From contig CM102289.1 in NCBI GenBank assembly GCA_046563655.1, positions 4,898,001-4,962,000 of the forward strand: a DNA stretch of 64,000 bases. The letters run 5' to 3'. The stretch is from Yuukianura sp. NJ FZ-2021. Lineage: Eukaryota. This document shows, one piece after another, positions 13,208 to 27,028 of the stretch. The stretch's first letter is position 1, and the number at the start of each line of letters is the position of its first letter. The position numbers and the translations under genes are program-made. The notes beneath the pieces were generated by a model. That model was not told where the DNA came from and did no database searches. It saw only the letters and a program-made list of their open reading frames with translations.

Positions 13208-13819
13208 TACTTCTAAGCAGTGTCCCTATATGAAAAAGTTAATGGCTATAATCGGTTTTGGACAAAAACAGTAAAGTAGGGAGGGGGGGAGGGAGGGGTG
13301 GGGGTTAGGTAACCTGTCTCTGGACACCATAGCAATGCTGATCCATTGTTGTCCAAGTATTAGGTAGTTCTTTTGTATGAAGTAAACAGTTAGTTCCATT
13401 CATTTGTTCTAAAAATAGCGAAAAAAAGGGAATTACAACATTCCTGATTCACACCCAATCTACACACAACAAAAACGCAAAAATTTTGAAATTTGACAAA
13501 GCAGCATGCCATTGGCAAAATTTCGGTTGACATTTCGACTTAACAGTACACTCTCTGAAGTGAGTCCTTTGACACCACGACATGACAAATTATCGTGTTC
13601 AGTTTGGCCTTACTTGATATCCTAACCTGACATATTGCCTAATAAATTCTGACTCTAGTTTCAGATTCTTCTGCTCCTGCCACGACGAATTGAATGTCCA
13701 GTTCCATTTTCTGGGGTCTGAAGATTGGTAGCGGAAATCTCAAGGGAACAAGATTTCAGTGTCAACTTTACAGTTTACAATACTCGAATCTGAGAACTTA
13801 GATACAAGGCATCGGTAGC

Positions 13820-15051
13820 ATGGAGAACAAAGTGATCGTAGCCATTCTCGGGAGGTAAGTTTCACTGAGTCACTGATGATGCTTTTTAGCGATATTAACT
13901 TATTGCATTTTGTATTGTTTGATCTTATTATAGCGGTCTTATTGGAAAGTCTTGGGCAATGCTCTTTGCCTCTGGAGGTCATCAGGTCAGACTTTATGAC
14001 ACGGATCCCGTTGTAGTAAAGGCATTGACAGACATCCGGAACAAACTGGAAAAACTGGAGGAAGATGGGACACTGAAGAACTCGAAGGTGCTTTCATCAA
14101 AGATGCAATCCGAGCTCATTTCAAGTAGGATTTCAAGTGAATGAGCGCCTCCAAAAATTTTGAGAAGAAAAATCGTTTTAACCGCAGAATATTTTTTTAC
14201 CATCTTGTCTAAGGTTATTCTACTCTTGAGACGACACCCTCCGGGACGCCACGTATATCAACAATGTACTCCGGAACGCCTGGACGTCAAGTGTTCAGTC
14301 TTCGTTAACATTGACAAAGTCTTGAACAAAATTGGCAACACCCAGGCTATTATTGGCAGCTCCAGCTCAGCCATTCCTTCATCGAAATTTGTAAATTACC
14401 TGGGAATTTAAACGCGGAGTCTGATTGTTCACCCAGTAAGCAAATAATGCCTTAATTAACTATTCATTTGAGTAGGAAACTAAAGTTATTGTTATTTATA
14501 GTACAGATTAATCCGCCGTACTTTATTCGACTTGTCGAGTTGGTTACCTCTAAAGTTCGGCAACTTCTGACTGGCCTTGGGCCAGCCCCGGTCGTACTCG
14601 ACAAAGAAATTGCTGGTTTTGCTCAACCTCGAGTTCAGTAAGTTCCTTCCATTACAATTTAGAACGCAAAATATGAGTAATTTAACTTTAGTGAATTTCT
14701 TTAGATATGCAATTCTCAACGCAACTTGGAACCTCGTCAAAGATAGAGTTCTAAGTCTAGCCGACGCTGACACTGTAACTCGTGAAGGGCTGGCTCCATG
14801 TTATGTCTTTATGGGGCCATTAGAGACGGCGCAATTGAACGTTGATGTTTTTGTAGATTACTGTCCACGTTATGGCCAAACAATTTACGACGTATCAATG
14901 GATTCTCAAGGCATTCCAAACACTCAGTCGAAGCTGCTGCAGATATAGATGCAGGACTCCAAGATCTTGTTCCCAATACGGAACTTACGAGTCGCAGGCA
15001 ATGGAGAGATGCTGTAACTTGTCAAAGTTGGATCAATCTGGGTGAAACTAA
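13820..15051 (+). pseudogene. CRYL1: Lambda-crystallin / L-gulonate 3-dehydrogenase pseudogene, introns retained
   Basis: VAILG|SGLIGKSWAMLFASGGHQVRLYD; QQCTPERLDVK; GSSSSAIPSS; FMGPLETAQLN; frameshifts and an in-frame TAA at ~14409. Confidence 0.85.
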
Positions 15052-15119
15052 ACTTGACAATTTTCAGTTCCATTTCATTAGCAATTTCAATTGATCTTGT
15101 TCTATTTTCAGGTTTGGAT

Positions 15120-15247
15120 GACAGCAAAGCAAAGTTAAATTCATCTTGGAGTCCCAGCGACTCCAATAATGGCCCAGAGATGGCAGAATCCTGTGATCTG
15201 CTTTTCAGCCAATCCGTGCATGCCAAAAGCCGGCGAAAAAAGGAGAA
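15120..15247 (-). pseudogene. Possible fragment of an ER-bound oxygenase mpaB/DUF2236-like gene
   Basis: ITGFCHLWAIIG followed, after a frameshift, by SLGLQDEFNFA resembles the FxHxWxxIGxxLGIxDEYN motif. Confidence 0.35.
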
Positions 15248-15741
15248 CAGTCCCACAAGCAGAGTTTTTTCTACCCAGACTTCCTCCATCTGCAATTCAC
15301 TTGACCTTTGAAATTGATTTTGACCCGGACGGAGGTCACTGACCGGAATGATAATGCAAACTTGACCTCACCCGGGTCATTAGCTGTTAAATGGTGAAAA
15401 CCGGAACGAAATCGATCCAGTAGTTTCCGAGATAATTGTGCGGATGTTTTCACCATTTTACAATGGTTTTCCCTATGTCATGACGGAAAACGCGATGACG
15501 GACCGGCCTATCTTATGGACATGACAGAGAACGTGATGACAGACCGGCCTATCTTATGGACATGACAGAGAACGTGATGACGAACCGGCCTATCTTATGG
15601 ACATGACAGAGAACGTGAAGACCAATGGAGTTCCCTATGCCATGACGGAAAACGCGATGACGGACCGGCTTTCTTTATGGGGATATGACGGAAAACGTGG
15701 TGACGGACAAAAATACTTTTATAAAGTAGCTAAAGCTACTT
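15248..15741 (-). mobile_element. Second, partial copy (494 bp) of the element at 4469-4962
   Basis: Near-identical sequence from CAGTCCCACAAGCAG to the AAGTAGCTAAAGCTACTT hairpin. Confidence 0.9.
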
Positions 15742-16040
15742 AATAATGACTAACAACTAAAAAGGATTTTGTATTTTAGCACCCTCCTGACCCTAAGCAC
15801 AATACCACGAATATAAATACAACTTACAAAATATAAAACTAATTTGCGGCGTCTGTAAAACTGTAAACTAACAAGACAGTCTCGTAAATATTACGATTAT
15901 GAGTCGTATTACGACTCGTAATATAATATAAATAACATCAAGTCGAAATTCCGTGATGGTAAGCTTGAAAGCCTACGAAGGACCCCCTAAATTAAAATTA
16001 GCATTAGGGGCCCTAATGCTCCAATGATACCACAGAAGCA

Positions 16041-16533
16041 TTAGAAAACTGCACATGGGCCTGCGCAGTACCAATTCTGACAACAATGGCTGTCGACCTC
16101 GCAGGAAACATACTTGTAGTTCTGAGACCTCCATTTGTCTTCTGTCGTGTAGCACCACTCTCGAAACACTGCGCCAACCAAGTATCCAGGAATCCAGGCC
16201 GCCTGAAATCATCAATCGGTCAACTTCAAATAAACTAAAAACGTAATTATTACTGAAATTCATACTCCCGAGACACCAGAGCATCTTGACCAGCAGCGAC
16301 CCTTGTAACAACCGTAGTCTCCAACAAGATGGCGATTCCAAACTACGTTCAGGAACCAGTTGGATCCTGGACACCCTCGTCTTCTCACACCTTTACCTTC
16401 GATCGTCGTTCCAACGACACTTAACACTTCCAAAGAAGTATAGTAAAAATTATCAATACATCAGCAAAATCAGTTCTTTTGGTTTCGAAACAATGTTAAA
16501 CTTACCCAGCACCACCAACGTTAATTTTTCCAT
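16041..16533 (-). CDS. Secreted 10-Cys peptide, Tha p 2-like; exons 16533-16506, 16426-16266, 16202-16041
   Basis: MEKLTLVVLVLSVVGTTIEG-KGVRRR-GCPG...YGCYKGRCWSRC...EWCYTTEDKWRSQNYKYVSCEVDSHCCQNWYCAGPCAVF*; splice phases are compatible. Absent from the ORF track. Confidence 0.7.
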
Positions 16534-16905
16534 TATGTATGTACACATAAAATATTATTGAGAACAATAATTTAAGTTATAATTAACTCAAGCCGATGCG
16601 ATGGTCCAACTTCGATTCTGATCAAAACACCATTGTTTCAAGTTTCCTATTGTTTTAAATAAGCTTCCTGGATTCGGTCATTCAATTGCATTCAATAGTA
16701 AGAAGATAGCGAATATTTAATAACATTCATAGTAAAGGCCAGAAAAATAAGGTCATAAAGCATAACTTACGTCCAGAAACTTTCAAGAACGACCTAAAAA
16801 CCTTATTCAGTCCATAATTCCAAAAACATAACAGGAAAACAAACTACACATGATATTACCAAGTTGGAAGTCAGCATAATCATCAAAAATCATGTGGAAA
16901 ATTGT

Positions 16906-19900
16906 TTAGTAAGGCGGATGACCCCGTCCGCGCACTCCGTGCGGCCTTGACCTTCGAGCACTTTGACTTCCGCGTGCCCGAAATGGATTTCCTCGCAGTG
17001 GTGCTGGGGGTTCGGGCGTTGGAGCTGGAATGGTACGCAAAAGCGGAACTGGACGGCCCCGATGACCTCCACGCCCAGTATGTCCATGACCTAAACTTCC
17101 GAGTGCCCCTGATGCTGAAGAAGAAGATGTTGGTTGATCCCAAACAATCGGGGTTGGTCTGGTGCGTTGCTGCTGTTGAGTAGTCAGCTGTTGGTCCCCT
17201 GACACTGGGCGAGATGTCGATTGCCCTTGACTTCCAGACAATGCTCCACTGGAACTTCCTGGTCCCGACTCCAACTTGTCCTCATCTGAAGATGTTACGG
17301 AAGCTTCAGTCCTTGGGAGTTCACTTCCAGCTTCTTCTGCTCTCTCCGATTCTATGACCAAAAATAGAAACATTATATAATGTCTTAACCGAAATTAGGG
17401 CAACATTGTTTAAAACAGAATCACCAGTCGGAATTTGATTTCGTCCAGCAGTCGTCGTGCCCTCACTTCGCGCCTCTTCAGTTGAACTTCGATCCGAAGG
17501 TGTTGAGATGCTCATGGATGGAACTGTTGCAAAAGATTCTTGATGACTGGCCCTTGGCTCAATATTGGAACTCGAAGGTTGGCCATCTCCTCGTTCTAGC
17601 TCACCTTCAACCAACTCCCCATCTTCTCCTTGGTCTCCTACTTCGGCTGCTGTCAAATACATATTCGTAATCAACGTCATTTCACAACGTGAAACTCCAA
17701 ATAGAATTTACCTGGTGGTGACACTTGGACGGGAGTCGAAGGAACACTTCTCCCTGATCCTTCATCGTACTGCGGAAAATCACGGTTTTCATCTGGTCCT
17801 AGGGAAATGGTATGATAAAAAATTAGCTCAAATTACAAGCACAACGTGTGACTCCAGAAATTGTAACAAAAGTGGAGTAAGTACCTCCAAAAACAAATTG
17901 ACGGCCAAGACTTGAAACGTGAGGCGAACTCACAGCTTCAGCAAATCCATCAGTTCGGCGTGGAACGAAAAGTGTTGGCGTACTGGGAACGATGCTGTCA
18001 TCCGGCTCATCTCCTCCATACTATCCAGTATAATTTGATAATTCACAAATTCAAACTTCTGACAGTAATTTTGTTTCTCACCATATGATAAGATGGTGTC
18101 ATTGGAAGTTGTTGTGGTTGCGGCTGCTGTCTCTCAGCTCGAACCGGCTGTTGCCGTCCAGGCCCAGCAGCTCTAGGAACTTGTGGACGTGGAACGTTCT
18201 GTCCACCAGTAAGATCATCACTGCCATTGGGGTTAACAGGACTTGCCTCTCCTGCTTCTTGGTTCATGTCAACTTCGTAGTCATCGTCTTCCAGCATTAC
18301 CACATCCTGCTGACTCGAATCTCCAAGTTGACTGTTATCCACTGCCAAAATTAAACGGAGATTTTTTAAACACATTTCCAACTTACTGTGTGCTATGTAT
18401 TATACCTTCTTCCAGCATTCCATGTCCACTTTGTGCTTCGTCTTCTTCCTCGCCTTCTTCCATACTCTCTTCTCCGACTTCTTCAATGCTCTCAGCCTCC
18501 TGGAAAGTTAGATATACGTAAAGTCTAAACTAAGGCAATTAATCAAACAATTACTCAGAACATACCCGTCCTTCTTCAGCATCTTCCTGATGGATAATTT
18601 CAATATCGTCATCCCCTTGATCCTCATCCTCTTCACCGACATCTTCGTATTCTTCCAATGCTTCTTCGGCTTCTACATCTTCATCTTCACCTTCTTCTGC
18701 TCCCTCTTCTTCATCGTCTTCCTCGACACCTTCCTCCTCATCCTCATCTTCTACACCGTCTCGAGCGTCGTTCTCTTCCTCATCCGATGATTCAATAACA
18801 ACCACATCTGAATCCTTATCATCTTCATCCTCAGCACGATGACGAGTTGGGAGTGTCCGAGTTCTCCCCGAATGCGGTACTTGTGGCTCATCATCTTCTT
18901 CAACAACTTCGCCAACTTCAGATGGATGTCCTTGGCCTCTAGCTTCTGCTTCTCTGTCAATGCTAATTTCTGAAGATTGTGGAGCAAGGCGAGTACGTTT
19001 CGTAACAGGTTCTTCACTTGGTGGTGCATCTTCTGTCGTTTCCACTTCGTCTTCGCGAGATCGTTTGGAAGATTGAGCCGGGCGAGAAGATGAAGTCGAA
19101 GGGCTTGGTTCTTCTTGTCCTGCTGCTACTCCACCTTCTGCTTCTTGGGATGATACAGGTTGAACGGAAGATGATTCTTCAACTACTTGAGCAGTACGAT
19201 TTGGAGTAACGAGAATTACTGGTTGATGTGAAGAAGGTTCAGAGGAGGAGACTTGTTCTGAAGAATCGCCCATCTCAGAGTCCAACTACAGAAAATTAAA
19301 AAAAAAACATTGACAAATTGATAAAAATCAGCTGATTCAAAGATAGAATGCTATTTAAACGTAAAACTTCAACTTACATGTGAAGTCGTTGATGTTGCTG
19401 GTGGCTCTTGCTGTGTATGTGACCCACTAGGCGTTGATTCAGCCGGTGGGGCCTGTGGACCACTACTGGCAGCAGGTTCTGCTGGTCCAGGAGTTGGACC
19501 AGAGCCAGAAGGTGTCACCAAAACTTGTGGAAGAGCCTGAGTTGGTTGGACAGTGGCTTGACGAACATTTGTTGAATTCGTTACAGTTCCAGTTGAAGCA
19601 CTTGAAGTCACTGGCGGTTGATGATGTCCAGCCTCTGCCGACTGATCTGGTGTGGACGTCGATACTTGTGCTTGACTTACTGGTGCTGCAGAGGGTGACA
19701 CAGCAATAGTCATACTTGAGCTCGTTCCTTGACCTTGGCCTTGCTGAGGAGGAAGAACGTGAAGTGGTGGAGGGGGAGTCAGAGCTGTGGTAGGCATCAC
19801 CGTAGCCTTTCGAAGCATTGACATTGGTCGGATGCTTGCTGTTGGTTGTGGCCTAGATGTGCTTGGAGGAACAACTTGTGTCGTTGTTCCTTTCGGTCCC

Positions 19901-22900
19901 GGAGAAGCGTTTCCAATTGGTTTGATATTAGCTTTTGGTGGATCCGTGGAATGAGTCTTATCACCCGGAGCTGAAGTGGATTTGGCTGCAATTGTTCCAC
20001 TTGGTCCAGGAACTGAGCCACTCTTGAGCACGAGTTGCTTTTCCAGAACAAGAATCCGTTGCTTCTGCATTTCAATTTCCTTCTTCAGTCCTTCATTCTC
20101 GGTAGCCATTTCTGATGTTCCAGCGACAGCAGGTCCAGGCTGACCACCAGCAGTTCGTAAATCCTTATTCTCAGACTCAATACGACTCAATCGTGCTTCG
20201 TATTGAGATTTGAGAGCTGCTTGACGTACATTGGCTTCTTCCGTGCTGGCTTCCATAGTCGATAGTTTAGTTTTCGTATTCATAAGTTCTTGTTCCTGTT
20301 CCGTTTTTTGTTGTGTGATTGCGGCCACTTTATCTCTCATTGTTTTCAATGCGACTTTGGCTCGCTCGTCTCTCTGTGCAGTGTCCTGCTTGAGAGCTTC
20401 CAAGTCTTTCTGCAGTGCTTCGTTCTGTGAAGAAAGTTCGGCGACTCGACCCTCAAGTTCAGCGATTTGTACTGGAGGAGCAACAGGTTGCTCTGTGCCT
20501 GCAGGAGTGGATGCAGAACCGGGGGCAGTTTCACTGCCAGACGCTGATGTCTCGTTAGCCTTGACGGCATCTTCGAAAGATTTTTTGTACTTTCGCGCCA
20601 AAAGTTTTATCTGCAGTAAAAAGAAAAAAGGAGTTAAAAAAAGTTATTAATTAAACTACACGTACATGTTAAGCTGCATGTAAGTGTTTACTCGTGTTGT
20701 TAAAGTCAAACCTGTTTAACGTATGCCTTTTGCTCTTCGACTTCTTCAGTCAACTGTTTCACAGACTTTTCGCTCCCTTCAAGTTCCGTCACTTTTCCTT
20801 CGAATTGTTTCTTGAGTTCCACCAGTTCCTTTTGAAGTTTCTCTAATTCAGTTGCAAGACCAGTCTTGTAGTCATTGACTCGCTTCAAATCTTCACTCAT
20901 CTTCCGGTTTTGGTCTGTCGAAGACTGAAGAGATACTTGAAGTTGAGTCACCTGACTTTGTGATGCTTTGAGTGCGGAATCCATCCGGACATTTTCAGTG
21001 TACAATTTCTTGCGAATCTCCTCCGTTCCATTCAGTTGTTTCTGCAGGTAGTCCTTCTCAGCTGTCACCTTTTTCATTTCTTCTGGATTGAATTTGTTAT
21101 TTTTCTCAATCAAAGCGTTTGCTCTGGCTCTCCATCGCGCAATGTCCTGTTTCAATCCTGTGTTCTCAGATGTAAGACTTTCCAAATCGCCTTCAAGAGC
21201 TTGGAGGCGGGAGTTGAGTGGTTCGATCGTGGACTCCGTTTCAGCCGTTTTTACTTTCATAGCCTCTAGCTGCTGAACGAGATTCTCTCGCTCTTCCCGC
21301 AGAAGCCTAATCGATAATAAATAATAAGAATTAGTCGTAATGTTAGTAATAACCAGCAATACAACGTATAACGATCGAAGATTTGCAGGCATCATACCTG
21401 TTGCTGTCTGTGAGAGCACTAAGAGTTTCTATTTTTCGCAGTAACTCCGCTGTTTTTGAAGAAGTAATCAACGACGTTTGAGACTGAGACTGTAGCTGGT
21501 TGAATTTCTCTTCCAATTCTTTGTACTGCCTCTCAGCATACTCCATTTGACTCTTGAGTCTTGCTACCGTAGATTCAGAAGCTTCTACTTTGCTATACGA
21601 AATTTCTTTCTGGCGACGCATGTAACGAAGTAGCTGTAACCCGTTAAATCAGACACAATGCTCAACCAACACAAAAATTAAAAAAAAAATATAGTCAAAA
21701 CGTTATTTTTACGTACCTGAACCCAATGCTCAGTTGACCGCGTCTTCTCTTCATCTTCGGCAAATGAAGCATCGGCTACAGAACTGAAAGAAACATCCAT
21801 ATCTGCTCCAGTAGCGCTTAAATCCAAGTTCCTCTTTCCTTCCAATTGGGCAGTAAGTGCCAAGAGTTGATCCTAACGAAGATAATTAAGTACAATTACA
21901 TTTACTTTACATTACTTTACGATTATTCATGAAATGAATGTTAACAGCTGATGATTGATTACCTGTAGAGAGGTATTGAGTGTATCCAATTCTGCCACCG
22001 ACAGAGATAGACGCTGGATTTCTTCCAATAAGCCTTTATCTCTTCCTTCACTTCCAGCTTTCAACTCCTTCAACTCTTCTTCCAGCAAAATCTTATCTCG
22101 AGATACAGTTGCCAACTCATTTCGAACGGAATCCAACTCATTCCTGATTTCATTCCGATTCTCAACAACTGAAGAATGAAAGCCCAACTCGTTTTCAAAT
22201 TTTGTTTGAAATTCTCTTGTTAGTGCTTGCTGCTTCTCAAGATCTGACTTCAGTTTTGAATTTTCTTCCTGTGCTGTCTGAAGCTTGGACGTTATTACTT
22301 GAGCCTCCCGCTCAATACGTTTCAGTTCTGCTGAGCCGGTTTCTGCCTTTTGGTTAATTTCTGCCGTCAGTGCATCTTTGTCTAACTTCAGCTGAGTTGC
22401 TTCTCGTTCAATTGTGTCTAAACGACACTGGAGATCACGAATCATGTCATCCTTGCACCGGAGTTTCTCTTCAGCCATGTTGTCAGTTGAAGCTCCAATC
22501 TGTTCCTCCAGATTCTTCGAAAGAACTTTGTATTCTTCAACACTGGATTTTAACAAAGCAATTTGTTGTTTGGATGTAATCGCTTCACGTTCCAAAGTCG
22601 CAATTTTAGTGTTGAGTTCACGTGTCTGTTGATCCTTTTCCGCTTGTAGCGTCTGAAGGGTTTGCAGCGTAGCAGCAGCATTGCCGTGCCCCGTGAGCAC
22701 CTAAAAGTAAACAAAACAAGATTAAGACAAAATTCCATTCATCTTGTGCATTAGAAGCTTAAGTTTCATAAGTTAGTTTACCTGCACTTGACCCAAAAGC
22801 TTCTCAATTTCAATTCGTTGAGCACGAATCGTTCCAGCAGCAGTTGCCAACTCAGCCTTGACCTTTTCATGACCTTCCACGGCTTCTTTAGCTTTGGCTT

Positions 22901-25843
22901 CCAATTCAGTAGTAACTTTAGTCCAAGAAGTAAAATTAGCCTTGAGCTGTTCTCCTTCTGCCTCTGTCTTTCTTCTCAATAGAACATTTTCGGCCTTGAG
23001 TGACTCCAGTTCAGCTTCCAGTTTAAGCTTGGCAGAACTGGATGCCAATTCCAAATTGTTCCTAATTTCAGCCAAATTAACTTCCAGCATCTTGCACGTT
23101 CTCTCTTCTCGCTTGTACAGTTCCAATTCGGCTTGGAGTCGACTCTTTCCGTCCCTCAGCGAATTTCGTTCAGTTGTGATAGAAGCGAGTGCTACTTCGG
23201 CTCGAGCCAATTTGTCTTGATTGGCCATAACTTCATTTCGGAGTAGCTGCGAAGTCTGTTCATGTTTGGCAACAGTAAGAGATAACTGTTTGTTCTTTTC
23301 CTCCAAAGAAGTAATCGTCTTCTTATAAGTGTCCATATTGGCAGAATAAATCTTGCTACGTTCGTTGTTGTAATCCACTTGCGATGATAGTTTTGCATTG
23401 TCAGAACGAAGTCGACTCAGATCGTCACGCAGTTTCTCCATTTGCTCTGATGCAATTTTTTCATTGGCTCGCATCTCAAATCGATACGTTTCAAAATCCT
23501 GCTTCATTTCGTTGTAACTTGCTTCAAGCTGACTGTACTTGGCTTCGGCTTCAGCTGATGAAACTGAAATCACTTCTCCCGATACTCCAAGCTTCGGTGA
23601 CTGGAGTTGCTTACCAGGACTGGCCAACAGTTGTTGTTGTCTCACTGTTGTTAGAATTGACTCTTGACGAAGCCGCATTTCTTTGAGGTCTTCCAATTCC
23701 TTAAGAACTTCCTCATAAGCAGCCTTGATTTCTTCAACTTGTCGTCCATCAGCTGATTCTGCTGCTTTCTCACGTTCTTCCGACAACTCACGAACAAGCG
23801 ACAAGAGATAAGCATTTTGAGACTGGAGTTCGTCAATGTTTCGGTATGTAACAAGATTTGAAGTGATTAGCGTTGAAGAGTCCAAAACCCCAGACAACTC
23901 CATTGCTTCTCGTTCACGATCTTCATCTTCAGCTGCGTAGGCATAAGTCCCTCGAAGATTTTCAACTTCACGTAGAAGTACTTTAATTTGATTACAATTG
24001 TCAGTCATCTGAGACTTGAGCCGACTGTTTTCTCGTTCTATAGAAGAAAGGCTTTTACGAGTAAATGCATATTCGTCGCGAATTTTAGCTTCACTGTCCA
24101 TTGATATTTCGAGTTGATTTGTAAGAGCATCAATAGTTTCTAAGCAGCGGACATAGTCTTCTTTCTGTGCCTTTATCAATGGACCTCTGATGGCAATGTC
24201 ATTCACAATGTTCGCAAGTTCGTCACGCAATCCAGCATTTTCAGCCTGAAGTGTAAGAAGGTCTTCTTGAGCCGTAGTCAGTTTGGAGTAAATTTCAGTT
24301 AGACTGTGAGTTCCACGTAAGAGATTACTCACAGCAGCGGCCGCTGGACTTAAACTTTCAATCATTTCATCCGTGAGGCCTTTTTCTTTGAGATGTTTCA
24401 GGAGTTCGTTGGCTTGTTTTAATTCTGTTTCCAAAGTGGCAATCTTTGCATCTCGAGAAGCAACTTCTTCTTGATAGGATTTCCCAGAATTGGCAAAGTT
24501 TGTTTCCAATTCGCCGTAACGGTCAGTAGCTATAGATAGAAGGCTCTGTAAGTTAGAAACAGCTGATTCCAACTCTTTGATTTTCTTAAGTGAGTCATCG
24601 ATATCTTCTTTGTACAAATTGGCAAGCTTAGCCTGAGTTTGAAGTTCAACTCGGTAGTTCTCTTCTATTTTGAGTTCCATTTCCTGGGATTCCCGAAGTT
24701 TTTGAAGGAGACGTTCGATCTGGCTCTCTTGATTAGCATTTAGAGCCCTTGCATTGACTAAAGACAACTCCGCTTGACGCAACTAAACGATAGGTTCAAA
24801 GAAATCATGAAAACATCACGCTGAGCAGTAAAAACCGCACTGATAGTTGGTAAATGTGTTTCACCTCTTCACTTTTTTGAGCCAGTTCTGCCTGGGTAGA
24901 TAAAAGGTTGGTAGTGTGATCACGTTGCATTTCAACGATTTGCGAGTTCTTTCGATCTAACTCAGTGTTCAACAGTTGCACTTGCTTGTTTACCCACTCC
25001 CGCTCCTTTTCCAATTCCTTTTCCCTGATATTTTTGTTATGTTATTCTCATTGAGTGTAATGCTTGTAATATTATGAGTTACCTGTAGTCCAGATCAATT
25101 TTCTGTGAAGTCATTTCATCGACTTTGAACAAAGCTGTAACTTTTGCTCCAGTAGCTGAGTGGAGTTGGTCTGAAAGCGATTTCTTCTCGTCAGTTAGGT
25201 CTTCAACTTCCTTAATCCTTCGTTCCAAAATATTTACCAAGCCTTCCTTCTCAGCTGCTAGAGTCTGAAGTTTGAGAGAAGCTTCGTTGAAGCTGGCTTG
25301 AATACTATATAAGAAACAGCGGTTATAACAATAGTTTCAGGAAAGGTTAGCAGCAAAAACCAAGCTAAGAACTCTCAAAATGTATTACTACTTCTACTTA
25401 CTTTTGAAGGTTTGCCTCCAGTTGATTAATTGTGGTAAGAGAGCATCGGTACTTTTCAACGTACTCCTCAGAAGTTTTCCTTTCCTTATTGAGTTGATCA
25501 TTGGCTGTATTGGATGCATCTCGAACTTCCTTCAATTGTGTTTCTAGAGTTCGAACTTGTGCTTCTGCAAAAGGATAAGAATTAAAATGCAACTGAGATA
25601 GGTGAGGTAGTGAGGTAGGTTACCGACTCTTAACACAGTGTACTCACCGTGTGCAATTCTGTCCTTCTGTTTCTGATTTATGTAACCATGTACCTTCCTG
25701 GTCAGTTCTTCAAAATTTACAGCAACTTTTGTCCTGATAGCGTCCGGAATTTCATTCCGTTCATCAGCCGTCAGAAATGAAAGCACATGGACGTGTAGTG
25801 GATCTACCACATCTTGATCCATCTCCCCACCTTGTCCTAGCAT
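16906..25843 (-). CDS. Tpr: Nucleoprotein TPR / Megator, multi-exon
   Basis: Long coiled coil with [31 protein letters not shown] and [10 protein letters not shown]; acidic region; [27 protein letters not shown]; Arg/Gly-rich tail. Confidence 0.95.
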
Positions 25844-26724
25844 CTCAAGTTTACTAAAAATCTGAAAAGTTACACAAAACTCACCGACCAAACTTTACTT
25901 CATAATCATAATTATTGTTACTGAAAACTCAAAACAATCAAAACTTACCCCGGTTCTACTTATATGGTGTCCTCCTTCTTCCACCAACGAAGTTAACCAC
26001 TAACTACAGAATAATTAATTACCAAATCGAATCAAATCAATCAAACCGACTTTTTAAAATCAGTTTTTATTATCTCTCTCTCGCGTCTCTGTTTGTATGT
26101 TTGTTTTGTCTGTGTACTATTTTAGTAAAGTAACTTCCCCTTCGGTTTTGCAATCACATTTCCTAACTTGCTAACTCAATGCCAATTTAGTTTTGCAATT
26201 GTAGATTCGTAGCTGCTTTGTAAATTAAATTGCGTAAGCAAATACCTTGCTCCACAAAATCCATTCCCGTCACAAATTGTGCTCGTAATCAATGTAAAAT
26301 TAATAACCTAAAAACCTGACCTAACGCTTTACGTGACGCATTATTCAAAAACTTTAAAGAAAAAAATCAAAATATGCAAATATTATTTTTTCAATTCTAT
26401 AAAACTACAATTTGTTTTGAGGAAATCCAAAACATTTTCGGATTTTTCAATTGCCAAATCTGCTCCAAATTCCAATTGTCCAATTTGACTTTGAATGAAA
26501 TTTAAGCTCGCCGCCATTCACTTCGAAGGTTTGACAAAAGGCGTCACTTGTTCTTTATTCGCATGAAATTGTTAGAAATAATTCACCACAGTCGACACAA
26601 TGGTCGGTCACTCACAATTGTGTCAATAAATTTTGAATTTATTTTGGAATATTTTGTTTTTAATTTATGATTGTTCATAAGTAACCCAATTCTTTGCTGA
26701 AAGTCAATCGGAAGTTGTACAAGC

Positions 26725-27028
26725 CTACATATTCCAACAACCAGCTTGGCCACTGAAGCAAGCCCCATCAGTGTAACCATTTCGGCGACAGCAAGAAACT
26801 GCTGCTGGTGGAGAAGAATTTCCGGATTGTCTTGGGCAGTAACGATGACACGCAGCAATTCCCTCAGCGCCTAGAGTTCAAATTTCAACATTTCAATTTT
26901 TTTAATAGGAAGTTAATTAAGTTGTTACTTATAAATAATAAAAGTTATTGAGAACCTGGAGACATGGCGAGGAGGACAGTCAGTGTCATTGCGACAAAGA
27001 ACAAAACCTTAACCTTTGATCCCATCAT
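26725..27028 (-). CDS. Diapausin-like antimicrobial peptide; exons 27028-26956, 26870-26725
   Basis: MMGSKVKVLFFVAMTLTVLLAMSPGAEG-IAACHRYCPRQSGNSSPPAAVSCCRRNGYTDGACFSGQAGCWNM*; six-Cys CxxxCPR...CCRxxG...C...C pattern of diapausin. Absent from the ORF track. Confidence 0.75.

Noticed and set aside
16883..23854. Antisense and alternate-frame ORFs over TPR (likewise over the sHSP, ITIH and bio genes)
   Set aside because: Shadow ORFs of real coding exons with no independent motifs.
1..25843. Functional nuclear-envelope cluster (Nup133, IST1, TPR)
   Set aside because: Three housekeeping genes near each other is compatible with chance; no shared regulation is visible.
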